Below, in pieces: positions 1 to 12,700 of a stretch of 64,000 nt of DNA (the first letter of the stretch is position 1; each line of letters begins with the position of its first letter). The notes beneath the pieces were generated by a model. The model had not been told where the DNA came from. It did not search any database and worked only from the letters and a program-made list of their open reading frames with translations. Source of the DNA: Raillietiella orientalis (lineage: Eukaryota); the NCBI GenBank assembly GCA_036172245.1, contig JAYWIR010000001.1, positions 10,788,001-10,852,000 on the forward strand, read 5' to 3'. Position numbers and translations under genes: made by a program.

Positions 1-157
1 TTCTCAGAAGGGGGGAGGAGGGGAGGATACCGTCCGCTCGGGTTGAAGGAGACCCCATGCGCGGCGAGAGGGCCGGCCGCTTCGCGCGTCCGCCCCGGGA
101 GCTGGTCCGCAGAGCAGGCACCTCCGGGGCTGACCAGGCGCAGAAGTCGCCGCCTAC

Positions 158-2353
158 CTTTTCCTTGTAAGCGTTCCCTAGCAGCTGCACTGTCTTGAGG
201 TCCACCGCCCCTTTGCCCTTCTTCAAGTCTTTGGCCCTCCGCTTCCGGAAGCACTTCCGCAAGCAGTAGAGGCAGCAGCAGCACAGCACCAGTCCTACAG
301 CTAAGGGGAATGCCCGCCAGGCGGTGCTCTCTTCGGAAGGAAGGGGGTGGTCTCCCAGCTCACCCATTATCACTGCCACGATCCCCCATACTGGCAGGTG
401 GGTCCTCTTCGACAGGATGTCTATCGCCTTGACGATCTTATCCTCTCCTTGAGACGGAGGCGGTGGTGCTGCCGTCGCGTGAGCGATCTGGGAAGCACCT
501 GCAGCGCGGGGGAGATAAACGTCAGAAAGCCGTGAGCGGCCTTCGCCCCCCTCGCTCTCCCTTCCCGGTTAGTGATGCTGCTCCCGGAATCCCCACCATC
601 GGGACTTCCGCTCGCGTCCGTAGCCGGTGGGCGGGGGTGGATGGGTGAAATGAGGATGGGGGGTCGCTCTCCGGGAGAACCGCGCCGCCGCTGCTCCCGG
701 CGGCGCCTTGCTGGTGCCGTTGTGACGCGAAGGGAGGGCCCCTTCTCCCTCCTCCCTCCGCTGTAGGATCCAGAGCGGAGGTGCGGCGGTGGTCGCCGTG
801 CAGGCGCGCCCCGAGTCCACCTCGATCCAGTAGATACTACAAGCAGTGCCGGAGGAGGGGGGGGGGTAAGGATGGTGACGTCACAAGGGACCAGCAGCAG
901 GGTGGAATGGGTGGGAAGGAGGGTCGCTTCCTGAACGAAGCCGGGAAGGAGGACACCCGCAGCACTGGTCGGCAAACGCTTTCGTCGCTCCACCCGTCAC
1001 TCGTCACTGCGTTCAGAGATATCGCGCGCGTCCCTCGTACTCTCCCGACATCTGGAAACTCTGCGACGAGCGCCGTCTACTCTCAACCGCCACAGGTGGG
1101 ACTAGTGGCTTCCTCGTCCTTCTTGGCGATTTCTTCTTCCTGACCGCTTGGCTGGGAAAGGAGGGGAAGGGGAGAGGAGGAATTGCGCGCGCTTTTTTTT
1201 TGTTTCATCCGAGGCGGACGGGGTGCATAACTGGCTCCCTGGACAGCTAGGGGTCCCTCCTCCACAGAGCGGGTCTTCGACCAACGCTCTCCCGTTTCCC
1301 AACAGCCTTCGGGGATCGGGTGCCGTTTCCCTGGAGACCTCGAAGGCATCGAGGCTGACCCAAAGGTCTCATCGAAGCTGAGGGTTCGACATCAAGAGGA
1401 GGCGCGCTCCGGACACCAGGAGCTTTCATGTGCTGAGCCCTACGACCGTATCCCAGCGACGGTCACGGGGCATACCTTATCGGTCGGCCTACCGCAGACC
1501 ACCTACCCGCTCTCAGATTCGGTTTCCAGGTCCGAGGAAGTCTCCGTCGCTATGGGAACGACAGCGATGCGGGGATCAGAAAGAATCTCGGAAAAGAGGA
1601 GACATGCCTCCAGGGCTCAAGAGAAAGAAGGTGACCAGTAGGGTAGGGGGTTACTAGAAACTAAACCACATCCTCCCACTTCCACTCTCTCCGCCAGGGT
1701 CGGCGCTTTCGAGGGAGAGGGAGGGAGAGAAGCGCTATCTGCGAGACGAATGACGAAGCTGAATCGCTGCCCACCAGTGCCTCCGCCTCTCAAGGAGAGG
1801 GCGCTGCTCTCGTTCACAGGTCACTCCGGCAGTCCCCTTTTCCTGTGTCCGGGAGGAGGAAAGGCTGGTTCCCTTCTTCGCACGAAAGGGGAGTGCGAGA
1901 TCCTCCGAGGGCGACTCTGATCGGTTTCCCAGACAACCAAGTTCCCCTTGAGAAAACGGGGGCGCACTTGAGTTTGGGGACGTGCCGAACTCTCCGCTTG
2001 CGCATCATTCCCGATCGGCAGCCCTTCTCCACCTGGACCGCTCCATCTGAACGCAGTGGAGTGGGCAGCAACGGCCTGAGACCACAGCGGGGTCACGAAT
2101 TCGCTCGGGGGGAGGCTACAAGGAGGCGTTCGAGTGCCGCGCAAACTCCGTGAAAAGGGATGAGCGAAAGGGTCGAAGGATCGGTAAACCAATGATAGGA
2201 TCGTAGCCTGAGTAGACTAGTTTTGGACTTACCTTTTTCCAGAACTGAGGACGCGGGAGGCGCCGCTGGAGAGCTGGAGGTAACTGCCGACTCCTGGAGC
2301 GCCCTGCGGAGACGCGGACGCCAGCGTCCCTCTAGCGTCTTCACGGCAGGCAT
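158..2353 (-). CDS. Syt1: Synaptotagmin-1, N-terminal exons (partial; C2 domains lie off the left edge)
   Basis: Exons 2353-2233, 498-364 and 300-158 have GT/AG ends and compatible phases (1,1,0). They translate to MPAVKTLEGRW...EK-GASQIAHAT...RTHLPVWGIVAVIM-AVGLVLCCCCLYCLRKCFRKRRAKDLKKGKGAVDLKTVQLLGNAYKEK, matching the arthropod Syt1 TM/juxtamembrane signature (LPxWG..., VDxKxVQLLGxAYKEK). The first exon assignment is less certain. Confidence 0.85.
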
Positions 2354-5300
2354 TCCGGACACCGCCAGCAGAAGGTCCAGACAGTCTTATTCTTCCTCCA
2401 CCTCCTCCTCTTCCTCCTAGAACGAGAAAATGTCGCTCTTAGCTCGAGCTCAAGAAACGAACAGCCCTCGGCGCCCTCCAGCCAGACGTCTCCAGCGGCG
2501 ATAGTCAGCGCTGGCGGAGGAGACCTGGGTTTGCGAAGGGCAGCTCGGGACTTCTTCCTCCCGGGACGCTACACCTACGGACACTTCCAGATGGATCGCA
2601 AGTAGCGAAGTTGGCGCGAAGATGGAGAAAGCCATCGACCTCCGGTAGCGATTCCTCCGTGATCTCCCGTGCTCATGCACTAGAGATCGGACGAACGGGA
2701 CCCCGGCAAGCTGCCGGGAAAAAGCTGCCCGTTTTGCCCTCCTCTGTTCGGCGGCAGATACCTCAGCGGTCTAGTAGCCGGGAGCAAGTTAAGGCGCGCC
2801 CTCTCTCGAGCCAGCGGTCCAACAGAGAGAAGCTCAGATGGACCGAAAAGCAGAGCGGTTCCAGAGGAGAAGACGGGAGAGGGCGTAGTGACGTGCGCTT
2901 GACCTGCCACAGGCAATGTGGCCGTGAGGTGGCGCTGTCGGCGGCCGGGGAAGGGCGGGATAATCGCCGTAATGCCACGCTGGTGGCAGCAAGGCAAAGA
3001 TGGCGCAGTAGCCCTTCAGAGGCGCTGATGGAGGCTGAGGAAGGGTGGCGCACCACCGTGGAGTGGCACTCACGTGAGGCCGAGGAAGGGGTGGGATAGT
3101 CCCCGTAATGTGGCGCTGGTGGCAGACGGGCGAGGATGGCGCAGCTGCCGTGGCATGGGGCTGGAGCAGGACCGAGCAAGGGTGGCCTCGCACCCCACCC
3201 TGCAAAGGGTCGGTGGGACGGCCTTCTGCTATGGAAATCGTCATCGGCCCCCAATGGAGCGCCAGTCCGCGCGGATGGCGCAGGCGACGCCCAGCTCCCT
3301 CGTGCTGGCGGTGGCGCAGTTAACTTCTCGCCTGGGAGCCGCCCGTGCGCAATCGATGCGATCTTCGCGCGCAAGAGGACCGTCGGGCGCACGCGCACCC
3401 CCATTCTGGAATATTCCTCCTCCTCCTCCACTAGATCCCTCGGTCGTCCCGGCTCGCGGACGTTATCGACTTCTCCCTTCCCAGGGATCCCGGAAAGCGA
3501 TTTCTGGAGCGTGTGACGCAGCCGTTGCCTAGGAGAGCGGACTTCTCCGTGCTGTCGGGAGATCTCTGGCGCTGGGGAGGAGTCCCGATCGACATGGCGG
3601 GCGCGCGCGGAACGGGTCTCCTCCCGGAGGCCGGTCTCATGGCGATCACCTCGGGAATGCGGAAGAGGGAGTTTTTTTTTTCTTTTAAAAAAGGAAAGTT
3701 TGGACCGTGGCCTGCAACCCAGCTTGCTCTTTGCTTGCTCTGTTCCTGTGTTCCTGTCCCTTTTTCTCCTTCTCCCACCGCCTCCCCTGGGAAGATAGCG
3801 CCGCTCCCTGGGCTACACCGCTCTCGCCCTCGCTGGCGCCCCTTTCCTTCCAGGAGGCACGCACCACCGACTTACCGTTCAATGTGGGTGAGAAGAGATC
3901 GATGAGGAGGGTGCAGCGCTCACGGCGGGCATGGCCCCAGGGCGGTGGCGGGCGGTCTAAACCACGGGATGAGGCGGCCCTCGTCACAGGGACTCCGGAG
4001 GCAGCAGCATCTCATCCTGCAAGAGAAACGCAGTGGGAGGCGTGGCACACGAGGCAGAGGCCGGATCCCCCCCATTCCCCCCCCCGGCGCATAGGGGAGC
4101 GGGAGAAAAAGCACAAAAGAAAAATGGCGGACGCACCCTACCCCCACCTCCTTCGCCCTTCCCCCGCGAGCGCACCCCTTCCGTCTCCAGCGGCCGTCAC
4201 ACACTGCACTGCCTGCGAGCCACACGGCCACACAAAGAGGAGGAACGCCGGCCGCACCTCGCGTGGTCGGCTCCGGAAAACGGATAACCATTGTTGCGTA
4301 TTGTTACGCGGAGACCGGGAGCAAAAATGCCCGGATGTCGGCACGCACGAGTCGCTTCCCGGAAAAATCGATATCTTGAGCAGATGCAGGACGCAGGACC
4401 GAAAAATCCCCTCCCTCCCGCCTTCCGCAGCCTGGCCGGGAGCGCGGACCCGCGCGGTACCCGCCGCAGCGCGCACGCGCGGCACGACCGCTCCTTCCCT
4501 TCGGGAAGCTCCTCCCTACCGCCCTCCGCGGCGCCGAAGCCGTCGCGGAGTGGCGCTGCTGCCAGCCGACCGCGCCACCGGAGCTCCCACGAAGCGTGTG
4601 CTCCCTCGTAAGCCTTCTTCAGGAGGAGACTGTCTGCTTCGTTGGGACGCCTGAGGTCGAATGGGCCACTCGACCACCGGGAGGCAGATTGCGGGGCGGT
4701 GCTCGTTGATGACCTCGAGATGACCCTCCCCCTTCCCCTGCATCTCCCCGAGGTCAAGAGAGGTGGACCGGGAACGCAGCGCCATCCGGGAGTGGTGGGG
4801 AGTGGGGACGGAAGTTCCCTGGGCATCAGGAAGGCAGGGGAGGGAGATACCCGAGCGCCGGGACCTTGACCCAAGGCGGGGAGGACCAGCGAAGGGGCTT
4901 TGGGGGGGGGGGAATGGTTGATCCGTGGGCAGCGATTCAGCTGGTGTCCGTCCTTCGCGGCAGGAGGGAGCGGGGACGGCGCCCGGGTGAAGGTGGAGCT
5001 GCTCCTGGATGGGTAGCTGGCCGAGTCGGGTCCTCCTTCGAGCGGGCGGCCTCCAGCTGGCCGCTCCTGCAGCTCTCGTCCGTCGCCCCTGGCCCGCCTC
5101 GCGGCCCTTCTTCCCTCGTTCCGCTCGCAGTTTCCTCTTTCAGCTGGTGGCGCCTCATCTCCCGCCCCTTTCCCTCCCGACCGGCGCCATCCACTCCTCC
5201 TCTTTCCCCGACCGCGACCCTCCTGGGTCCTCTCAACCAGAGGACTCCACCCGCGTCCTTGGGGTCGCGAACCGCTCTTCAGCACTCCACGCTTTCCCGA

Positions 5301-6058
5301 GCCGCGCTCAAGCGCGGTACTTGCGAGTGGCGAAGGAGGTATCTTCCGTTCCCTCCCGGAGGCGCTGCGCGCGGAGGTGGACCGCGTGTCTGACTGGGGG
5401 GGCGGCGCGCAAGACGCTCCCACGAAACGACCGCTCAATCCATCGAACGCTGCGTGTCGGCACGGCGATGGCGGCTGCGGTGGGCTGCGTGTTCACAACA
5501 CGGTGCCAGCGCGTCACGTTAGTCGGGCGGAGCGACGCGGCACGCGCCGACGGCTGCTGCCCCACGCGGACGCGAACCGCGAGCCGAAGGGACTGGCGTG
5601 CCACGGGACGGCGAGAATTTTTGTGGGATTCCGAATGCTGCTTTCGCTCGGGCCTCGCTCCGGGGGGGGGGGAACCTCCTAGCCACCGCTCGTTGGGACG
5701 CCTCTCCCCCCTCCTCCTTCTTTCCGGGAAGAGAGCGCAGGATTGCTCCATGGAGGGGCCGGCCCGGAGGGGAACCTCGCCCTTTCTCGCGCAGCATGCG
5801 GGAGGAGGTCGCGCCAACGGAGGCGACATCTGCTGGGCGAAACTCTCCCGCGAGGATCGCTGCGAGATGGCCCCACCTGCGAAGCGACGAGGGCGACCCT
5901 GCCGGCAGCACCCTGAGAGGGACGAACGGGGATCGCCGCAGGAGCCACAGTGCCGCCCACCCCTTCTTCCCCTTTGGATGAGCGCACGGTAGAGCCAAGC
6001 GCCCTACGAAAATCATCTTCTAAAAATAAACAAACCGATAAACGCCCGGTGCATCATT

Positions 6059-6150
6059 ACTGGTTCCTTAAAACCTTGCTAGGCAAAACACTCGCTAAAG
6101 TTTCAGATGTGCCGTTTGCGGTGGCTGATGCAACAACTTTGACTCCAGCG
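6059..6150 (+). pseudogene. clpX: Bacterial-type ClpX ATPase fragment (Walker A region), AT-rich insert in GC-rich DNA
   Basis: Translates (TGS)-KTLLGKTLAKVSDVPFAVADATTLT, matching the ClpX motif GKTLLAxTLAxxxDVPFAxADATTLTEAG. The Walker A frame is broken at ~6066-6069 and no other clpX sequence flanks it. Confidence 0.75.
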
Positions 6151-7499
6151 GCGGCACGGCGAAGAGCCCGGAGGCGGCGGGAGGAAGGAAAGACATGCCA
6201 CAGAGGTCCGTTCGGTCCCGGAAGGCCGCGTGCCGGGCGCTGCCCCTCTCCTGGGAGCCCGAAAGCGAGCGAGCGCGGACGGATGCCCAGGCGAGGACGG
6301 GGAAGGAAAGAGGATGGCGAAGCAGAGCAGAGCAGCGGCAGGACTGCAGGCAGTGCCGTGTCGCAGTGCGCTCGGGAACTCGGAAGGCCAGGACGCCGGC
6401 GCGCAGGCCCGCGAGGTCGACACGGCGATGCAAGGGAGGAAAAAACGAGCAGGCGCATCCGCTGCAGGATACCGTCAGGTTCCTTTCAGAGGGCTACCGG
6501 CTGAGGCCATCCCGTCTCGGACGCCCTAGGCTTCCACCACGTTCCCGCGGAGGCGGCTGGCACGAAGTAGAGCCTCGCTATGCCCTCAGGGCTGTCTCCG
6601 CCGGAAGCCGGCGAGCTCGGCGGGGGTCGGGGGGCGACGTGGCCCGAGGGCAGGTGCAAGAGAGACTCGATTTCTCCCCCCTGGCCTGTCGACGCCGGCG
6701 GGCATCTCACAGGTGACCCAGGCGTGCGGCGCCAGGAGCGCCGACGCTCCAAGTGGAGGCCGCCTTTAGCACCGCGGGCAGCACCAGGCCTTCCGGGGCG
6801 TCTCCGGGATCCGGGACGAGCGGCTTGAGGTCGCAGCAGTCAGCTGGCCGCCGAAGGGTTCCCCTCGCCGGCAGGTCCTTCTCTTCCTCACAGACATCTC
6901 TAGCCACGCGTCCCCCTCCTTGCTAGGGTTCTCCTCGACGATCCCTCACCTGCCAGAGGGCAGTCGCGCCCTCCCGTCGCCCTCATCGCGAGTCTTACCC
7001 CCTTCCCCGGGCGGACTCCACGAAGGGCTGAGGGAAAAAACTCTCCTGGCTCCTCGCCTCGGCGCCATCGCGGGCCGGCGGGCTGCCCTCTCACGCGTCG
7101 GGTCATCTCCCGGCGCGCTTCCCGGAAGATCCGCACTCTAGGGACAAGTTGCCCCTCCCCCTCCCGGACGTCCACCGCGTCCAGGGATTGAACGTCCCTC
7201 ACCGCGCAACAGCCCCGGACTGAGCAGTCCGGGGGTCGCCGCAGCCGTACTTTCGACCGTGGTCGGCGACTACCCCGAAGTCGGGCGCCGGAAGCGCCGA
7301 CACTTCAGGGAGGGAAGGGGAGGGGCACCATCGGCTCCGCAGGCAGCTGCTGATCTCCAAGAGTTCAACAAAGCAGCTTTTTTGGGAGTGTGATACTCGG
7401 GGTCGCAGCCTCCGCATTAGTTGATGTGGGGATCACCACCACCACCCTCCAGGAGGTTTCCGCAATCCTGCAGGCTCCGTCCCGCCTCGCTAGAGTGCT

Positions 7500-8250
7500 A
7501 CTGCTACAGAGGGGGGGGGGATCTGCAAGGCCCAGAGGTCACGGACTGTTGGGATCTGGCGAGCGTTCCTGCCATGTCGCGGGCCGGAAGGCGGAGCGTT
7601 CCCGCAAGTTCTCGGGGATAAGAGGGCTGCCCTGCCGGGTGGAGCTCCCGAGGTGGCGGCTCTCGCTCTTTTGCGCAGTAGCCCCCCGCGTCCGTCCCGC
7701 ACCCTGCTGGCGACGGGGCGCCTATCGGTAGGAGCGGGCCGAGCCCTCTCCTCGAGGGGCGAATGGCGGGGGCGAAGCCTTTCGCTCGCTCCGCGTCCTG
7801 GAGGAAGGCGCGCATCCACGCGAAGATCGGCAGGAGAGCGGGACTCCAGGTGTTCCCGTCGGAGCTCAGGAGGTGGCGTCGCCGGCCACCCGTCAGAGGA
7901 GCGAGGAGTCTGACTGGAGGGGGATCAGACCTCCTGTCACGAGACGCGTTTGGTTCCCCTCCCCCTTCCTTCTTTGCTGTCGGACGGTCTTCACCATGGA
8001 GACGCCCTGCCACAGGAGCCGCTGGTTCGGACGTTTGGTGCACGCCAGCGGGGCAAGGCCACCATCCTCCGGATCGTTCCCGAAGGCCTCGGAAGGCAGC
8101 ATCCGTCCCAGCCGAGAAGGGGGGGGGGGCAGCTGTGCCGTCGAGCTTCCGGCATCTGGCAGACAGGTCGGGCGTGGTTGGGACGTTCCCACGGTTCTGC
8201 CAGGGGTGTGCCCCGCCGCCTCCGCCGAGCTACGGCAGGCGGAAGCTTCG
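7500..8250 (-). mobile_element. Highly degenerate non-LTR RT remnant (CR1/Jockey-like)
   Basis: Ordered but decayed RT-like motifs across frames: QRLLWQGVS (QxGF..GRS), WMRAFLQD (WIxxFLxDR), SGAPPG...LSP (SGVPQGSVLSP). Boundaries are approximate. Confidence 0.35.
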
Positions 8251-8569
8251 TGCCTTCGGGCAGCGCGCAGGGCGAGTCCGTCCGGCGACGCGCTCGTTTC
8301 CGCAACCGCCTGCATCACTGCCGCCCGCCTTCCCGCGTGGCGGAGGACGCGGAGATGTCGTCGCTCTCTCGCCAGGAGACGCGGAAGGGAGTTGCACTTG
8401 ATATGGCAACCATCACACTGCCGTCTAGCGAGTCTGAGCCCTTCTGATCGAGGATTTTATTTTTTTATTTTAAAAAAAGAGTCCGATTGAAGTTTCAGCT
8501 GTGCGAGGTGGAAACCCCGAGCGCAAATACCAACGGCCGGCATCCGCCTTCCCCTCCGTTTTGGAATGA

Positions 8570-9230
8570 TCATCATCCGGTTGTGCCGGGATACTTATTA
8601 CATATAAATATAATAAAAATACATATACATGTGTTAGAACCCTTGGTTCTGCCACGCACAACGAACCTGCCGAGGAGCGGTGGCAGACCGGCGAGGTCCG
8701 GTGGCGTGGGGAGAAGAGAAATAAAAACACAAAAATAAAAAAACAAAACATCGGAGGGGAAATCATACACGGGGAGGGAGGGGGGAGGGAACCGAGGAAG
8801 AGATTACGGTACGCTACCCGGCGTCCTCTGCATCCTGCTTAGGATGCTGGCAAGTCCCGTCTGTATATCCCCCAGGAGGGGGCCAACTCGTAGCGGTCTT
8901 CGGGAAGGTCTGCGTCCATTGGATGGCGTCCCTGTCATTTCGACCTCTTCGGGATTTGCGATCCCGCGAGGACGGCAGAGGACTGCGAGGGATACGACCG
9001 GCGGCAGTGCGGCACCGCACACGTAGAGGAGTTTGAAAATATCCCAGGGGCCGTCTGTCGGAGTTACCAGGATCGTCGCGAAGCGATCCCAAAGGATTCG
9101 GAGTGCGGCATAGTTTAATAGTAGGTGCAGGATGGTCTCCTTGTTCCCGTACCTGCCCCACTTAGCACCCACCCTCCCGTGTCCAGAGGTGAAGGCGCTC
9201 TTGGTACGGGATTTCCCCATGCACCAACAG
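8570..9230 (-). mobile_element. L1/Tx1-like LINE 3' fragment (copy A): ORF2 C-terminus plus T-rich structured 3'-UTR
   Basis: KETILHLLLNYAALRILWDRF...SLAVLC...LASILSRMQRT aligns with the copy B C-terminus (ESFPHPPVDC...LAGILQRMQRT). The UTR shares ggacctcgccggtctgc and tcggcag with copy D. Confidence 0.7.
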
Positions 9231-9367
9231 CAACGCGATTTCCTGCCACTTGAGGAGGAGGGCGCTACTGCCCCAGCACTCTAGAGGCCTCTTCCCTCCT
9301 CCGGAGAAATTACGAGCAGCTCTTCCCTGCATCAGAGTCTGTGGGGTGGGACACTTGGGATCGAAGT

Positions 9368-9434
9368 GTACAGCAGCAAAGAAACTTTTTGACGGGACTC
9401 GTAAACCCGTCAAGAAGTTTCTTTGCTGCTGTAC
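9368..9434. repeat. 29-bp inverted repeat (hairpin, 9-nt loop)
   Basis: gtacagcagcaaagaaactttttgacggg / cccgtcaagaagtttctttgctgctgtac; one mismatch, which is a G-U pair on the + strand. Confidence 0.95.
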
Positions 9435-9799
9435 GGCTTGTCACTTTCCACCTTTCTGAGGTTACGCTGTCCCCTGCATCCTTTAGGGAGGGCGCACCCC
9501 GCCTGCCCCCGCTCCGTGGATCTGTCAGGCAGTGCAGTTCACTGGGAGGCAGGAGATCCGGGTGTTCTCCTCCACCGGGGCAACCATCTGGCGGAGTTGG
9601 CATCCGCAGCGCCTCAGCAATCTCTCGCGAGAGACGTGGAGAGTCCCTCGCAGGCGTATGTGCTCCTCGCAAAGAGATGTGCTGCTCCTCACCGGGACCT
9701 GGCCCATTTGGGAATGATAGAAATTCTTCTTTTCTATCTTCGCTGCTTTCCTTCCAGCTTTTGTTTTGTTTTGTTTTTTTTTAGACTTCTCTTCTTTTG

Positions 9800-12700
9800 G
9801 GTTCGCCAAGTGCTGAGGAACCGTTCTCTTCCTGGAGGGCTCAGGAAGCTCTTTAGCGCTGCCCACGCTACTCGAGGGCGCGTACCCCTCTTCAAGTTAT
9901 GGGGGTCAATTCCGTAGAGAACATCTTATGAATCCATCAGGAGGAAAGGATCCGTTCCTCCCATCTACGCCACTCGAAGGTGCACGTAGCTACAGTTATG
10001 GGATAACCCCGGAGGGAACACCCTATGAATCCAGGAAGCCTCCGGACCAAGGGGTCCGTTCCTTTTACGCTCGGTAAGGAATCCAGAAGGAAACCTTCGC
10101 CCTTCTTCTCTCCGGAGGGGGCTACTCAATTATTTCTCCTCCTCCGGTGCAAAGGACCGCTCCCTATTTTCTCCTCCTCTGAAGGGAACCCCAACGGAAC
10201 TTTCCTGAATTTTCTCTGGAGGGACGCTCCTGAAGGGAGCAGAACGATTCTTTACACTCTGGAGAGGTGTCAATCCACAAGCTCCATGCTACACGATGGA
10301 GGGTCACCCCTCAAGGGAGGAGCGGCTCCGTCTCTACAACCAGAGGGGAATAAACCCAGAAGGGCTTCCTGATTCCTTTAAGGACCCCCGAGGGTCCACT
10401 TTTAATCCCGGACGGCCAACGAGAGTATTTCCGGCTTGAACCAGCGCCGCACCCGTATAGGCCAGCCAGCGTCAACGAGGTGCGCCCTGCGATGCACACA
10501 CGCAACTTATTGATCAGGGAACCGGGAATGGAGACCAGCATGCACCATGTCTTTCTTGATGATCACCTGTACTCCCGTGTGGGCAGGCGCGGCAAGGTAC
10601 CGTCGAAGCTGTCCAATCATTCCCGGATAGAGTTCGAAGTTCAGTCGCGGAACATAGGTCCCCCACTTCGATTGCGTGACGTCTCCCAGGGGACTGGTGA
10701 ACCTCCCTGGAGCTGCGGAACACCTCCTCGAGTTCGTACGGGATTTCACATTGCAGACACTCGAGGACTTGGATCTCTTCAAACGCACGGCCCAAGAGTT
10801 CTGCCAGCAGTTCCTCCTGGACCGCCTACCTGCAGGCTTCGAAGAGCGTGTTCGTAACGAGCGGGCTTATCTGTGCTCCCGTCGTAACAGAACACCCGAC
10901 ATCCGGAAGCTGCAGGAATTGAAGAAGGAGCCGACAGCCTGGCAAGCCTGGCAGTCTGGGTCGGCCAGTCTACTGGACGACAAGGACCGGGAACACTCGG
11001 CTTCCGAACAGGTAAAAGGAATACTACGCAAGTTCTTCTCCTCTCCGTACGCGGGAGCACTTCCCGAGAGGGATTTCGCAAGATTCCTGCTCCCGGAAGG
11101 TGCTCCAGCTCCTGCTGTACAGGAGAGGAGCGCAGGAGAAGCCTCGGCGAGCCTTTCTCGGCCGGTCCGGTGAGACCATCACCGCGATCGGGAAGCTGAA
11201 GAGGCGTAAGGCCCCAGGGAAGGACGGCCTGCCGGCGGAGTTTTTCCAACATGCTTCGCCGCACAGCTGACTTCCCTGGTACAGTAATTAACCTTGCCGA
11301 TAAGCGAAACAGGCGACGTTTCCGCCTCGTTTCTCTCAGCAAGGGTACGCCTCCACCCCCAAGGAGGAGACCTGAGGAGCATGAACAACTGGTGGCCGAT
11401 TGCCGTGGTAAACGCGGACGCCAATTTGCTAGCGAAACAGTGGGCCGAGCGGCTAGGACGGGCGGCAGAAAGCTTCATCAGCTCAAAGAAGTCGCATGCT
11501 GTTCCTGGGCAGAGCATGGACTCCAACCTGCTCTGCGCTAGCACCTGGTTCGCGCTCCTACAAGAAAGGGGCAAGATGGGCAACCGGAATTCCGGAGCGT
11601 GCATCGACCAGGGGCGGGAAGCGAAGGAGGGAGCGGGAGCCGTTGCGGTCGCAGTCGACCTGCAAAAGGCATTCGCCTGCGTCGACCGGGGGCTCCTGGA
11701 GTTGCTGGAACGCTTGGGCTTCTCGGCCGCACTGTCGGCCTGTCTGCGCTCCAACTGGCTCCGAGCGCTCATTAACTAACGCCTCTTTCAGCGAGCGGAC
11801 GGTGTACGGAGTGCCGGTGCGACGCGGTACACGGCAGGGCGACAGCCCGAGCCCTCTGCTCTTTAGCACCTATTTCGAACTGGCGCTGAGAGCATGCAGG
11901 GAGACTCTGGCTCTCCAGCCGCGTGTATGTCCCGGCATGCCTGCCGCCTCAGCATACTCCTGCCGTTGCTGGTCACCATGTACACTGGACGGTCGGTTTC
12001 TTCGAGCTGCTCTGCCGTGGGACTGAAAGAAGGCAAGCTGTGAAGGCAAGGCGAAGTGCAAGGCGGTGTGGCGTGGGCAGGGCGGCCGAACTACATCCGC
12101 CTGGGGATCCCCACGGGACGGTACTTAAAGTACCTGGACGTTCCGTTGGGGGACTTCTGCTCCGCAGAAGCCTGGTCCGGCCGAATCCAGAAAGCATCGC
12201 AGGCGCTCGGCCCGTTCCATAGAGGCAGGTTTCACCTGCCGGAGCGGGACGCTGTGTGCAACACGCTTGTGGCTCCCCTCCTCCGTTCCTTGCTTTTTGT
12301 CTGCCCACCGCCATGCAGCATCGGAAAGCGGACAAAGTACCCCTTCCGGATCGCTCTCTGGCACAAAGGGAGGCCCCGAGTCCGCCTGAAGGACTTGTGT
12401 ACTGCGCTCCGCGACGGCGGCCTAGGCCTTCTGAACTGCAGCTCCAGTTTCGCCCTCGTGGCAAAACTCTGGAGCACCACCTGGTGCCAGCCTGCACGTC
12501 TTTCGTTCAGCAAGCCACCGGCAGCGTGGGACTCGCGTCCTTGCTTGAGCGCCGTGCACGCAGCCTCATCCACGGCGGACTGCACCTGCGGCAGGTGGCT
12601 GCTCTGGAGAGGAAAAGCGCCGAGATCTCGTGCCGCCATCCGCGAAGGGTAGTGTCTGGTTTCAGGGAACCACGTGGGCGAGGATCCGGGAGCCAAGCGC

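Noticed and set aside
1083-1150. Extra Syt1 exon (QEEEIAKKDEEATS)
   Set aside because: No acceptor in the required phase and no convincing donor.
2920-3130. Degenerate ~135-bp tandem duplication (also short repeats at 19820-19857, 9895-10062 and 53263/53341)
   Set aside because: Only two or three decayed units without spacer structure; ordinary local duplications, not a CRISPR-like array.
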